NCBI RefSeq assembly: GCF_030684315.1
Contig: NC_081391.1
Span: forward strand, 13,865,342-13,929,341
DNA from: Stegostoma tigrinum
Lineage: Eukaryota
DNA length: 64,000 nucleotides
Direction of reading: 5' to 3'
The stretch's first letter is position 1. Each line of letters begins with the position of its first letter. Under the pieces are notes generated by a model. The model ran no database searches. It was not told the origin of the DNA and saw only the letters and a program-made list of their open reading frames with translations. Shown one piece after another: positions 1 through 11,982 of this stretch. The position numbers and the translations under genes are program-made.

Positions 1-441
1 GGGCACTACCACTGTACCATGACAGCATTTAGGATTCACTTGTGAATATCCTCGCAATTCCATCAGATGGACCCTGATGCAAATCTTGTCATTATCCCCC
101 ACAATGACCTGTTATTCACCTTCCTCCTTCAGATCAAGGACCGACAGGCAAGGTGAAAGCAATTCGAAGGAACTGTGCTCCAGGGCTGCCTCAGGGGCTA
201 GCAGTGTTCTCAGTGCTAGGGACACAGGTTTTGATCTGGCCTCTGGTGAGGGACTGGTGTTTACATGTCCTCCCCATGTCTGCGTTGGTGTCCTCATAGT
301 ATAAGAGGATTGGCCATCTGAAATGCAGGGGTACAGGAATAGAGGGGGAGTGGGATGAGCTGGGATGCATTTCAGAGCAGTTCTGCACTGATCGATGTTG
401 TAGAGATTCTGAAGCTTCACTTTCCTTCTTTCCATCCTCAG

Positions 442-1173
442 AAGCCAGAGAGGGATGAGTGGGGTAACAGCCTGCAGGCGATGCAGGTTGCCCTGGATCT
501 GGAGAAGAATGTGAACCAGAGTTTGCTGGATCTTCACCAACTTGCCACAGCCCAGACTGACCCTCATGTAAGCTTCACCACTTCATTCTCTTCACTGCTG
601 GTCACTCAGGGCAACACCTTCAATGGTTGGTCTTTTGTGGATTAGAAGTTGCCTGCTGTCTCAGACAAGTGCCATTTGGATCTCTTCAGATCCGTACCAA
701 TGCTTATAATCTGATCAGCTCAGCAATCAAGTAAAATGGGAATTTGGATTATAATCTAGTAGGAGTGATGAAGTGATATTGGCCACTGAATGCTCATCCA
801 GGATTATTGCAGTGGAATGATCACTATCCATCATAATCCAACACAGCATCACTTAACAAACTGCAAGAGCAGTTGAAATACATGGTCCTCACTGGCATAG
901 TCTCCAGGTGTTAGGTTTTCAGGGTAGTCTAGAGCTCATATGGCTGAGTGTTTTGCAGTAGGAAATCTGAGGTTGTCTTGGATAGCATTAATGTAGCAAG
1001 TTGTCATATTCTTGCAGCTGTGTGACTTCCTGGAGACTCACTATTTGGATGAGGAGGTGGAGATCATCAAGCAACTCGGGGACTACATCACCAACCTGAA
1101 GCGCCTGGGAGCCCCTGAGAATGGGATGGGAGAGTACCTGTTTGACAGGCTCTCCCTGGAGGACAGCAGTTAG
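442..1173 (+). CDS. Ferritin subunit copy A, 3' part only (exon 3 442-567, exon 4 1018-1173); exons 1-2 lie upstream of the window
   Basis: Exon 3 [42 protein letters not shown] and exon 4 [51 protein letters not shown]; AG/GT splice sites at the canonical vertebrate ferritin intron positions; AATAAA at 1302-1307. Confidence 0.93.
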
Positions 1174-2884
1174 TGTGGCCTGGAGTACTGTCTGCTTGGC
1201 CTGAATGCATTCCCCACTTCACCCTGGGCAATCTGTCTCCTTTCAGGGGGAAGGAATTTTGTAGCAAAGAATGTAATGGCTGTACCAGCTGAATGTAAAT
1301 GAATAAAATGATATATTGATATTGGTTTTTGTCCATCATTTTGAGACCATTGATACCTTTCTTTGGTCAATCAAGCTTTCCTACTGAAGTTCACCGCCCC
1401 CCCCCCCCCCCCCCCCCACACTGTGGACAGACTCTAGGCCTATGGGAGCCAGTTCAGGTTCAAATCGGGGCCTGTGACCTACCCTTGCAATAGCCATTGA
1501 CAGTTGGCCCCACTGACCAGTTCGCATTTAAGTTTTGTCAGTTGTCTGCTGCTCCTCCCAGGGCACCTTGGGGTTTTCTAAATAACTGTCTTGGTTTAAC
1601 TGCATTGCTCTCTTTTCCCAGAAGCAATTCAAAGTTTGTCTTCCAAGTGGCTTCATCAGTTTTTTTGCTGTCTTTCCTTCACCCATGGGCTCAGCAACTT
1701 TCTCTTCCAACGGCTTCTCTTCTCGACCCCACCCTGCCTGCCCCCACCACCTAAATAACTGGAAGTCTGCCAGCCCTGAGCTGGGGAAATTCGGCCCAAA
1801 CTTTCACAACAGTCACATTCCAGGGAATCGGCTCCAGATTCTCTGGGGCTACCTGATTGATAGTGGATGGTCTTGATCCCATAAAGACAAGGATTGGTGA
1901 CCTGGGGCTTGGATGATAGCCCACGGTTTAAAAATACTCCCATTTGGTTTATGCTTGCAGCTACAACTGGCTTCTTACTGTTCAAGGGTTTGTATGAAAA
2001 GCTGCTGCCTTGGTTCTTGGAACCTTTCCATGGGCTGAAGGCTCTTTTTTCTTTTGACATGCTTCAATTTGAACAAGTGAGGGAGCAGGGATTTCTGGGG
2101 AAGGTGGGGACTGTCTCCTTCAGACAAGATGCCTGGACATGCTGACATTCCTATACAGCTGTTTCCTTGATCATTCAAGGCGTCAGATCATGGCTGAGGG
2201 AGGGGGATGAACAGAGACAGCCCAGAGTTTGTCTTGAGTTTTGTCGAAGTGCACACGGCAGCCTTAGGAAGAGTGTGGGTCATTGAGGTACTGAATATAT
2301 TTGTTCCATCACAATAATCCTTTTTATTTTGCCCAGTCTCAATCCTTGGTGATAGAATCCCTACTCTCCTGGAAGGGGCCGTTTGACCCACGTAGTATCA
2401 ACCTTCTGCCCAGCATCCTGCTCAGTCACACCACAGTCCTTTGACCCTGTGTTTCCCCTGGCCCCTCTCCCCTCAAACCTGTGCCCTCTAGTTTTGGACT
2501 TCCCTACCCTGTCGCAGCATGCTTTTTATATACAGTCATTCTTGAGTGTGCCAATGGCAAGGCTACATCTCGTGCTCAGCAGCTGGTTATTACAGATGGT
2601 CTGGTGTAGCAGACTCTGGAATGATGCTGCTGAGGAGGGGCTTCTGGGATTTTAATTCACAGAAAACCCTGAGGCCTACTGTGTATACGAGTCACTCAGC
2701 ACATTTAGCATCTTGCTTTTCAAACTGGGATTCATGAGACCCTAAGTCCCAGGGATCACAGCAGATTCAGAACAGATCTAAAGGACATCGGTTGCCTGTA
2801 TTAGACGATCCAAAAGCATACTATTCTGTTGCTGCGCAGAAATAGGAAAATGTTCATATCAACCAAATCTGGGCATTTTAGAAA

Positions 2885-4361
2885 GATGAGATTAGCCAAT
2901 GTTGTTTCCCCTGTTCAGAGGATCGCAAATGTGGTTCCCCTGTTCAAGAAGGGGAGTAGAGACAACCCTGGTAATTGTAGACCAGTGAGCCTTACCTCAG
3001 TTGTTGGTAAAGTGTTGGAAAAGGTTATAAGGGATAGGATTTATAATCATCTAGAAAAGAATAAATTGATTTTGGGATAGTCAGCACGGTTTTATGAGGG
3101 GAAAGTCATGCTCATGCCTCACAAACCTTATTGAGTTATTTCAGAAGGTGACTAAACAGGTAGATGAGAGTAAACTGGTTGATGTGGTGTATATGGATTT
3201 GAGCAAGGCATTCGATAAGCTTCTAAGGTTCCCCACAAGAGGCTATTGTACAAAATGTGGAGGAATGGGATTGTGGAAGATATAGCAGTTTGGATCAGAA
3301 ATTGGCTTGCTGAAAGAAGACAGAGGGCGGTAGTCGATGGGAAATGTTCATCCTGGAGACCAGTTACTAGTGGTGTACTGCAAGGGTCGGTGTTGGGTCC
3401 ACTGCTGTTTCTCATTTTTAATAGGTGACCTGGATGAGGGCGTAGAAGGATGGGTTAGTAAATTTGCAGACAACACGAAGGTCGGTGGAGTTGTGGATAG
3501 TGACGAAGGATGCTGTAGGTCGCAGAGAGACATAGATAAGCTGCGGAGCTGGGCTGAGAGGTGGCAAATGGAGTTTAATGCAGACGAGTGTGAGGTGATG
3601 CACTTTGGTAGGAGTAACCGGAAGGCAAAGTACAGGGCTAATGGTAAGATTCTTGGTAGTTTAGATGAGCAGAGAGATGTCGGTGTCCATGTACACATAT
3701 CCTTGAAAGTTGCCACCCAGGTTGACAGGGCGGTTAAGAAGGCATACAAAGTTTTAGCTTTTATTAATAGAGGGATCGAGTTCCGGAACCAAGAGGTTAT
3801 GGCGAAGCTGTACAAAACTCTGGTGCGGCCGCAATTGGAGTATTGTGTACAGTTCTGGTCACCCCATTATAAGAAGGATGTAGAAGCTTTGGAAAGGGTG
3901 CAGAGGAGATTTACTAGGATGTTGCCTGGTATGGTGGGAAGGTCTTAGGAGGAAATGCTGAGGGACTTGAGGCTGTTTTCATTAGAGGGAAGAAGTTTGC
4001 GAGGTGACTTAATTGAAACATATAAAATAATCAGAGGGTTAGATAGCGTGGATAGGGAGAGCCTTTTTCCTAGGATGGTGACAGCGAGCACGAGGGGGCA
4101 TAGCTTCAAATGGACGGGTGAAAGATATAGGACAGATGTCAGAGATAGTTTCTTTACTTGGAGAGTAGTGAGGGAATGGAACGCTTTGCCTGCAACAGTA
4201 GTAGATTCACCAACTTTAGGTACATTTAAGTCGTCATTGGACAAGCATATGGACGTACATGGAATAGTGTAGGTTAGATGGGCTTCATATCGGTATGACA
4301 GGTCGGCACAACATCGAGGGCCGAAGTGCCTGTACTGTGCTGTAATCTTCTATGTTCTATG
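2885..4361 (+). mobile_element. CR1 LINE, 5'-truncated (RT domain to 3' UTR), frameshifted
   Basis: ORF fragments [54 protein letters not shown]; ends in TTCTATGTTCTAT microsatellite tail. Confidence 0.92.
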
Positions 4362-4539
4362 GCTCCAACAGCAACGTTCAAAAGTTATGACGAATAATCC
4401 TTCAGATTAACAATCCAACAGAATTCTGCAAATCTGTGATGACTGTGGCTTCACGCACAACCTCAGATAGAAAAGCGAAGGTTTAGAGTATATTTTATTG
4501 TCATTTTCTGGCAAATACATTTACAGAATGTGCACTTGT

Positions 4540-4735
4540 AGAGGAGGTCAAAGATCATTCAGCAATTCCATCATCGACCAGTTGTCAACCGTGATTCGTT
4601 TCTGGATCCAGTTCCCATCCTGCACTGATTGGACGTGGCAACTGATCAATTGATTAACAAGAGTGATTGGCCATCACTGATGATGTCATTTCCTGCTTCA
4701 TAAAAAGAGGGGCTGCCCCTGGAGTATAAATAGAG
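4540..4735 (+). promoter_or_regulatory. Conserved ferritin promoter, copy B (DR1-like, two inverted CCAAT, TGATGTCA/TTCC, TATA)
   Basis: AGGTCAAAGATCA at 4545-4557, GATTGG twice, TATAAA at 4725-4730; block is near-identical upstream of 7 copies. Confidence 0.75.
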
Positions 4736-4817
4736 TCCCACGGGAATGATGTTGATTGTTCTTCCTAATTTTGTTATTTTGGTGGTGAGGAGAATAAAAG
4801 AAATTTATTGTCACAAG

Positions 4818-7800
4818 ATGGCCTCCCAGATCAGTCAGAACTATCACCAGGATTGTGAAGCTGCTGTCAACAAGCAGATTAATGTGGAGCTCACTGCCTC
4901 CTATCTCTATCAGTCTTTGGTGAGTGCTGTCTCTCGGGGTTAAACATATAAATCTGTTCTGTTGAAGTAAATTCTTTGCCTGGCCTCTAGTGAAGCTGAC
5001 AATCTAGTAGATTGAGGTTTTGTGGCTCCTACCTAAATATCAGTTCAGGATAGAGGTGGTGTTACTATCACGATGGTGTAGGATACTGATGTATGTTAAC
5101 TCAGGTCCCAGTTGGCCTTCAGTGGTATCTGGAGGGTAAAAGCCTCTTGCTTTTGTTTTCTTTCTGACACAAGTTTCCTGACTTCATTTGCCTGATCTCT
5201 GTGGTGGTCCTAAACAAACATGCTGATTTTTTTTAACACTGACTATAACAATAACTTCCCTGTTGCAGTGGCCCTTGTTAGTCTGAACAAACCTGAAGCT
5301 AGTCTGTGACTAGCATCTGTTTTAAGTAGATCTCCTTCATTGAGGCTGACTTGGCTTTACTTGTATTTATTCAAGATGTGGGTGTGGCCTATCCCGTCCC
5401 TACTGAGAGTTGATCTGCTGTGTGTGAGAAATGTTGGATCCCCACTCTGCCCCTTCTCCACCCCACCCCATGCTGGGGCTGCTGGAATGTGCTGAGGCTA
5501 TTAGCCCAGTGACAGTGAAGGAATGGAGGTTGTTCCCATATCATTTAGCTTGACCTAAAACAAAATGTCCCCTCTATCCCAGTGGTGATGTGCTTGTGCC
5601 CTTCCAAGGAGTAGACTGTGCTTGGAAGGTATGTGTTGAAGTAACCTTGGTGAGTGCTGCAGGGGACCTGGTAGGTAATGGACCCTGAAAGGAGGTGGTG
5701 AATGCAGTCCCCATGAAGTGGGCTGCTCTGTCCTGGATGGTGTCTGCTTCTTGCATGTTGCAGGTCCCCTTCTCCAGACACATGGAGAATATTCATCTCT
5801 CTCTGGGCTTGTGCCTGTTGTGAGGAAGTTGTCTTGTAATGAGGACTAAGTCCCTATAAGCCTCACTTGGGAGGTGGGACAGCTTTATTGGTGATCCAGT
5901 GGTTGGGGTTTAATCACTGTGTCCCAACTCTGTTGGCACATGCTTCCCAAGGATAAAATCCCGACTATCTTCTGCCATGACGTGTAACTACCCACTTAAA
6001 CCAGAGATTTTTGCTTGCCTGACTGTGGTTTTTGGATTTGTGGATTAAAGTAACTTTTCAGGAGTCCTTCCCCAGAATGTAACTCTTAGCTGATGCTTCC
6101 AATAGTGACGATTAGCTCTTAAACCCTTACATCGAATTGTGAACATGACAGTTTAGATATGAGTCACATGGGCTGAAAGCCGACAGGATTTTTTGCCTGT
6201 TTGGGTTAAGTCAGGGCAAATGCTTTTCCAGGTTACTGTTTTCACTAGTGACGTTATCTACAGGCCACTGATATTTGACATTTGATCATTTGTTTCAGTC
6301 ATGTGACTTGGTGCAAGTTTCTGACAGCCTGAGTTTGCACTATTTTTAGGCAGAGCAATAACCCACTGCTGCAACGATCCAAAGGCTGTTACTGGGCAGG
6401 CTTTCCTTGGCATTATCTTAGTGCTAAACATCATACTGAAGATAGCGTACCCGTGTAGAGTTAATGTGTACACTTATGTCCAAATCTCATTGATCCTGGG
6501 TTTGTAGAAAACATTCTCCCTACTATTCATTGACTAGAACAAGGTTCAACATCTTTTTTGAAAGTTTACCTGAAAGGCAAAACACAGTGCCTTGTGGCTC
6601 CTCCATCCTGTGTACATCCTGTACGCCAGCTCCTGGCACTTCCTGAAACCCTGTTCAACCAGTAACTTCATCCAATTCTGTTGGAGATTAATGAATAGAA
6701 GCATGAATTCAGCTCTGTCTCTCCACAAAGGCTGTGCCAGGCACTCCTGAGCTAATCACCAGTAGATTCAAACCAAAATAAAACAGTATTTTTGGTTCCA
6801 GGAGGAAGCTGGACTGTTGTGATTTTGCCCAGTTGCTGGTGAATTGAACAACACTGGGTTCACAATCTGTTCAGTGTCTGACACATGAGCATGCCTTCTG
6901 TCAGTTTGGTTTGAGTGCTCAAGTAGTCTTGTAGTTGAGAACTGCAATGGGGAGTGAGCCAGTGATGTCGAATGTAACTTGAACTTGTTCTTCCAGATGT
7001 CCTACTTTGCCCAAGACGATGTTGCCCTCCCCCATTTCTCCCAGTTCTTCAAAGATCAGTTCCAGGAGAAGCGGGAACATGCAGAAAAGCTGCTGAAATT
7101 CCAGAATCAGCGTGGCGGCCGAGTCCTCCTCCAGGATGTGAAGGTTGGGGTTGGGTGGTGGGGGAGTGCAGGGTGGAATGGCTGCTCTTGCGGTGTCATC
7201 TCCAGTGACAAGATTTTCAGATCCTGAGCGAGTGTGGAAAGTTCTTTTGCTTGGCTTCCCTGTTTGCTCTCCTCCATCTCCAGTGTTTCAGCATTTATAC
7301 AAGCCTGACTTCCATCAAACAACCACCTCAGCCTCACCTGCTCAAAGGACAAGGAAAACCCCAGCCTGTCCAATCTCTCTCCTCACAATGGATTTTCTGT
7401 CTCGGGGAAACAACCTGGGGACCCTCACCAGCACCCCCTGCAGTGCTATCCTGTCCTTCTGACTAGCGAGGCCAAAGATAGAATGCAGCAGAGGCCGGAA
7501 GAACAATTTTCATAAAATGTGTTCAAAGGACTTGTCCCTGTGCTGTTCCTCACAACCCTGCCCCAAACTAACACATGTTACTTGGCCTATGTCCCCTTTC
7601 ACACACAGTTTGCCTTGTGTGAGCATTGAGGGATCGATGATCCTGTGTTTATTGTAAGCACATTACTGCCCCCGACAATGAATTCAAGTAATGATGGTTC
7701 TGACCATGCCGCTCGGGCATGTATGAGGCCACAAGCACAAGTGAGACTTGAACATCAGCCTTGTCAACCGGAGCTTGGGACACTACCGCTACTTCCCCCA

Positions 7801-9026
7801 CAGCCCTTGGGATTCACTCATGAATATCCTTTTTAAGACTCCAGCAGATGGACACTGGTGCAAATGACTAATCTGGTACATATTTATTCCCTGTGGTACA
7901 AGGATATGTTCCTGAACTTCCGGCTTCAGGTCAAGGATAAATGGGGCAAGGTGAAAGGAGTCACCAAGTAGCTAATGTTTTCTTTATCTGGACTTCAGGG
8001 ATGGCACAGTGGCTCAGTGGTTGGCACTGTTGACTCAGTGCCAGGGGTACCAGTTTGGTTCTGGCCCGTGACGAGAGTTTAAACGTTATCCCAAAGCATA
8101 GCATCCCCACACAGTAGAAAAGAAGATTGGCAACTTGAAATGCAGGTTACACGAACAGGGTGGGAATGGGACCAGATGGGATGCTCTTCAGCAGTTATGG
8201 TCTCAGTGGGGTGAATGGCCTGCTCCCATGCTGCAGGGATTCTGTTTCTGAAGCTTACCTGTCCTTCTCTCCATCCATAGAAGCCAGAGAGGGATGACTG
8301 GGGTAACAGCCTGCAGGCAATTCAGGTTGCCCTGAATCTGGAAAAGAATGTGAACCAGAGTTTGCTGGATCTACACCAACTCGCCACAGCCCAGACTGAC
8401 CCTCATGTCAGCTTCACCTCCTCATTCACATCACTGCTAGACCCTCAAGGTAACGTTTCATTGGTTGGTCTGTGTGGATTGGAAATTCACTGAAGTAACA
8501 CTTTCCATCCATTACTTTCCTGAACTATTGTAACATTGATCACTTGGGATCATACTGATTACAATGAGGTATAAGGGGAATTTGATCTATAATCTAGTGG
8601 AAGTGCTGAAATGACGTTGGCCACTGAGTTCTTCATTAGTATCATTGCAGTGGAATGATCATTGTCCATCACAATCCAACTCAGCTCCATTTCACAAACA
8701 GCAAGATGGAGCAGCTGACATGTTGTCCTCACTGGCACAAATTCTCCAGGTGTTAGCTCGCTTTTCAGGGCTGTCCAGAGCTAGTCATGGCTAAGTCTGT
8801 CTTGCAGTGGGAATTCTGAAATTGTCGTGGATAGTATAAATGTACCAAGTGTCATATTCCTCTGTTGCAGCTGTGTGACTTCCTGGAGACTCACTATTTG
8901 GATGAGGAGGTGGAGATCATCAAGCAACTTGGGGACTACATCACCAACCTGAAGCGCCTGGGAGCCCCTGAGAATGGGATGGGAGAGTACCTGTTTGACA
9001 GGCTCTCCCTGGAGGACAGCAGTTAG
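4818..9026 (+). CDS. Ferritin subunit copy B (H/M-family fold, L-like active site), apparently intact; exons 4818-4919, 6997-7143, 8281-8406, 8871-9026; 176 aa
   Basis: [34 protein letters not shown] / [49 protein letters not shown] / KPERDDWGN...TDPH / LCDFLETH...EDSS*; all introns GT-AG, phase 0; collinear with the known human FTH1 protein sequence. Confidence 0.95.
5590..5940 (-). mobile_element. Ancient LINE (CR1/L2-like) 3' relic shared by intron 1 of all paralogues (also ~15270, 21760, 28570, 37560, 46280, 54640, 63540)
   Basis: Minus-strand peptide [16 protein letters not shown] resembles the C-terminal 'LDTIQDKAARLIG' segment of CR1-group ORF2; present at the same place in each intron 1. 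Confidence 0.5.
7998..8232 (+). mobile_element. Old tRNA-derived SINE at the 3' end of intron 2; the same ancestral insertion recurs at ~190, 17932, 24360, 31403, 40095, 48647, 57260
   Basis: GGGATGGCACAGTGGCTCAGTGGTTGGCACTG head and GGGTGAATGGCCTGCTCC tail, at the same position in each paralogue. Confidence 0.65.
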
Positions 9027-10704
9027 TGTGGCCTGGAGTACTGTCTGCTTGGTCTGAATGTATTCCCTACTTCACCCTGGACAACCTGTCTCCTTCCAAG
9101 GAGAAGGGGCTTGTAGCAAACAATGTAATGGCTGAACCAGCTGAGTGGAAATGAATGAAATGTATTGATGTTGCTTATTGTCCATCATTGAGACCCTTGA
9201 TATTAAAGAGCTTTTGAGAGCTTCAAGCCTGTAATTTTGGCTAATGAAATTATTAATTTGACAGAATATTTCCCTGGTCTTCCCTCCAACACCACCCCAG
9301 CATCAGTCTCGGAATTCCCGTGGAACTTCCTCTAAGTTATGAATCCAAGTTATTCCTCCAGCCAGAACTTGAGGTTGGGGCCTGCGGGGTGTCAAGTCAC
9401 TTTGTACTATTATCCCACACCCAGGTATGATGAATACAGGTGCAGCTAAAATTTTCATTGCTTTCGAAAGAGAAAACACCCCTGTTTGGCCGAAAGAAAG
9501 ACTTGACACCCACTTTCACAGAAACAGGGCTGTAGGATGCTTTATGTTCATGTCTAGTTTGCTTAGCAATAGCTTCCCTGTCAACCTCTGTCAACCTCCA
9601 CCAACCGAGACTGATTGCTAAAGTCCACACAAATCACAAGTTGATGCCAATGTAAATTCTGTGCCAGCTGGCTCAGCTTGCCTCAACAAGAGCTTAAGGG
9701 AAGAGATCCAGCAGCGTCCCCTCTCTAGCCTTGTGGAGGAACCAGCAATGCTGGGAGCAATAAAATTAAACTTAGCAACTGGGATCTGACACACCTGGTC
9801 TATTCTGTTCAAATCAATGTTATTACTTTTTCCTGACAGTGCATCCTAGATTCACTCAGACCCAGTTGAGGTTCAAGCCAAGACCAGCCCTGTGGCCTCC
9901 TGATCCCCACCACCAACTGCCTGCCTCCGGACAGCCATCAGCAGTTACTCACAATGACCAGTTCATTTGTTCCTTCGCCTGAGGAACATGCGCTGCCCTC
10001 CCAGGCGATATGGATTAAATACCCATTGTAGCTCGACAAGAAAGCTCACACGGGGGGAACCATTTCCCAGGAGTAATCCAAAGCTGTCCTAATGTGGCTT
10101 TGCTCCGTTTACTTCCTTGCTCTCTGCCAAGTCTTGGTCAAAAACCCCACCACGCCTAGTAATAAACTTCAGGCCAGCCAGCCCAGAGATGGGAATATTC
10201 AGCACAAGTCTGCTTGAAAAAATTCACCTGAACTGGATGCACTTAATGGCACCTACAGCAGGATAATAGTGACCTGGGAATAACACAGCAACGCTCCTGG
10301 TTAAATGCTGCCATTTGATTGGCTCTTGCTGCTCAAGCCAGCATTGAGCGCACTAAGCTGCTCCCTTGGTTCCTCTGAGCTTCCCCCACGGGGAGGGTTA
10401 CTCCTGATGCAGGTTGATTTCACCCGATCACATTGAAGGAGCAGTGTGACTCAGGGAGGAGAACTGGAGATGCTGACTTTCCTGAATGGCTGCTTCCTTT
10501 ATCTTTCGAGGTGTCAGAGATCGTGGTTTAGGGAGGGGGCTGTCAGAGACATCCTGGGGAATGTTTCAGGGAGCTTTGTAGCGAGTGCACACTGCAGCCT
10601 TCACTGAGGTGTGGGTCTTTAAGGCACTGAATGTATTTGTTCCACCACGTAGAGTTTTATTTTAAACCATCTTGAGTCTTGGGTGTAGAATCCCTGCAGT
10701 GCGG

Positions 10705-10787
10705 GAAGAGGTTGTTCAGCCCATTTAGTTTGCACTGATCCTCTGAAGAGGTTGTTCAGCCCATTTAGTCTGCACTGATCCTCTGAA
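10705..10787 (+). repeat. 40-bp tandem duplication
   Basis: GAAGAGGTTGTTCAGCCCATTTAGTYTGCACTGATCCTCT x2; single copy at the paralogous site ~51430. Confidence 0.9.
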
Positions 10788-10789
10788 CA

Positions 10790-10990
10790 GCATCTTGTTC
10801 AGACACACCCTGCCTTCTTACGCCATCTTTCCCACGGCCAGTCCAAAATAAACTGCATGTCTTTGGACTGTGGGAAGAGGCCCACACAGGCACGGGGAGG
10901 ATGTGCAGCCTCCACACGTGACTGAAATTGACCCCAGGTCCCTGGCACTATGAGGCAGTAATGCTGACCATTAAAATACCCTGCCATCCA
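10790..10990 (-). mobile_element. Decayed V-SINE in the intergenic spacer; related copies at ~20340-20550, 34130-34370, 42240-42480, 51480-51670, 60090-60350
   Basis: CATGTCTTTGGACTGTGGGA...GGGGAGGATGTGCAGCCTCCAC...CCAGGTCCCTGGCACT is the reverse complement of the SINE body. Confidence 0.6.
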
Positions 10991-11116
10991 AAAGTTACAA
11001 AAAACAGGAACACTCTGTTGCATAGAATTAGAGTGAATGACTCGTTTCTCACGGAAACAGACCCTTCGGTCCTACCTGTCCATGCTGACCAGATTTCCCA
11101 ACCTGACATAGTCCCA

Positions 11117-11308
11117 AGATAATAAAATGTGAGGCTGGATGAACACAGCAGGCCAAGCAGCATCTCAGGAGCACAAAATCAGAGACGAAGGGTCTAGGCC
11201 CGAAACGTCAGCTTTTGTGCTCCTGAGATGCTGCTTGACCTGCTGTGTTCATCCAGCCTCACATGTTATTATCTTGGAATTCTCCAGCATCTGCAGTTCC
11301 CATTATCA
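11117..11308. mobile_element. Short fold-back Penelope-derived insertion with 14-bp TSD
   Basis: ~60-bp inverted arms around a damaged hammerhead core (GACGAAGGGTCTAGGCCCGAAACGTC); flanked by CTGACAtAGTCCCA (11103-11116) and CTGACAtTGTCCCA (11309-11322). Confidence 0.85.
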
Positions 11309-11982
11309 CTGACATTGTCCCACTTGTCTGCCTTTGGCCCATATCCTTCTAAACCATTCCTTTCCATGCAAATCTCCAAATGTCATTTAAATGTTGTAAT
11401 TCTAACTACCTCCACCACTGTCTCTGACAGCTCGTTCTAACAATGCACACCACCTTCTGTATGAAAATGTTGCCCCTCATGTCCCCATCAAATCTTACCC
11501 CTCTCCCCTCAAACCGATGCCCTCTAATTTTGGACCCCACCTGACCCTATCACAGCATGCTTTTTATATACAGTCAATCTTGAGTGTGCCAATGGCAAGG
11601 CTACATTTAGTGCTCAGCAACTGTTACACTTCAGGAGATGGTGATGAGCTGCTTATTGCAGTCCACCTGGTGTCGGAGAGACCGGAATGATGCTGCTGCT
11701 GTTGCTGAGGAGGGGCTTCTGGGATCTTCACTCACAAACACTGATATTATTCCAAGTCAGGATGGTGATGGATTTACTTGGAGCTGCTTCAGTGTCACTG
11801 GGGCGGCATTGAGCTGGAAAATTGCAAACTACTCCAGCATTATTCCCAACTTCAGTCTTATCGATGGTGAACAGACTCTGGAAAGTCTGAAGTAGAGTTA
11901 TTCACAACAGAATTCCCAGACTCTGACTTGGTCTCAAAGCCATGAGCACATGAATTAGGATTGACCTCTGCCCATGGTTTCT

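Noticed and set aside
112-567. Minus-strand ORFs overlapping ferritin exons (112-567, 18109-18417, 40840-41154, 47188-47673 etc.)
   Set aside because: Antisense shadows of the exons; starts and stops are not conserved among paralogues
1397-1417. Poly-C tract and other C/G runs (e.g. 29737, 30430-30470, 38270)
   Set aside because: Simple low-complexity sequence, not conserved between duplicated blocks
3337-4272. Long RT-like ORFs (also 12083-12850, 43938-44639, 51967-52638) as host genes or an active RT system
   Set aside because: 5'-truncated CR1 ORF2 fragments with stops and frameshifts
4689-4700. TTTCCTGCTTCA matches the 5' arm of the FTH1 iron-responsive element
   Set aside because: No CAGTG loop or 3' arm follows, and it lies upstream of the TATA box; more likely an ETS-type site or coincidence
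4746-4817. Hydrophobic N-terminal extension ([14 protein letters not shown]...) in frame with exon 1 of B/G, suggesting a signal peptide
   Set aside because: The upstream ATGs are only ~16-19 nt after TATA, probably before the transcription start, and the extension is not conserved in C, E, F or I; 5' RACE would settle it
7998-8070. tRNA-like sequence (GGCTCAGTGGTT... A/B boxes)
   Set aside because: Decayed SINE heads that cannot form a cloverleaf
11641-11708. GTGATGA...ATGATG...CTGA resembling a C/D-box snoRNA, repeated at ~34800, 42942, 60774
   Set aside because: No terminal stem, intergenic rather than intronic, D box lost at ~43000 and C box lost at ~2580
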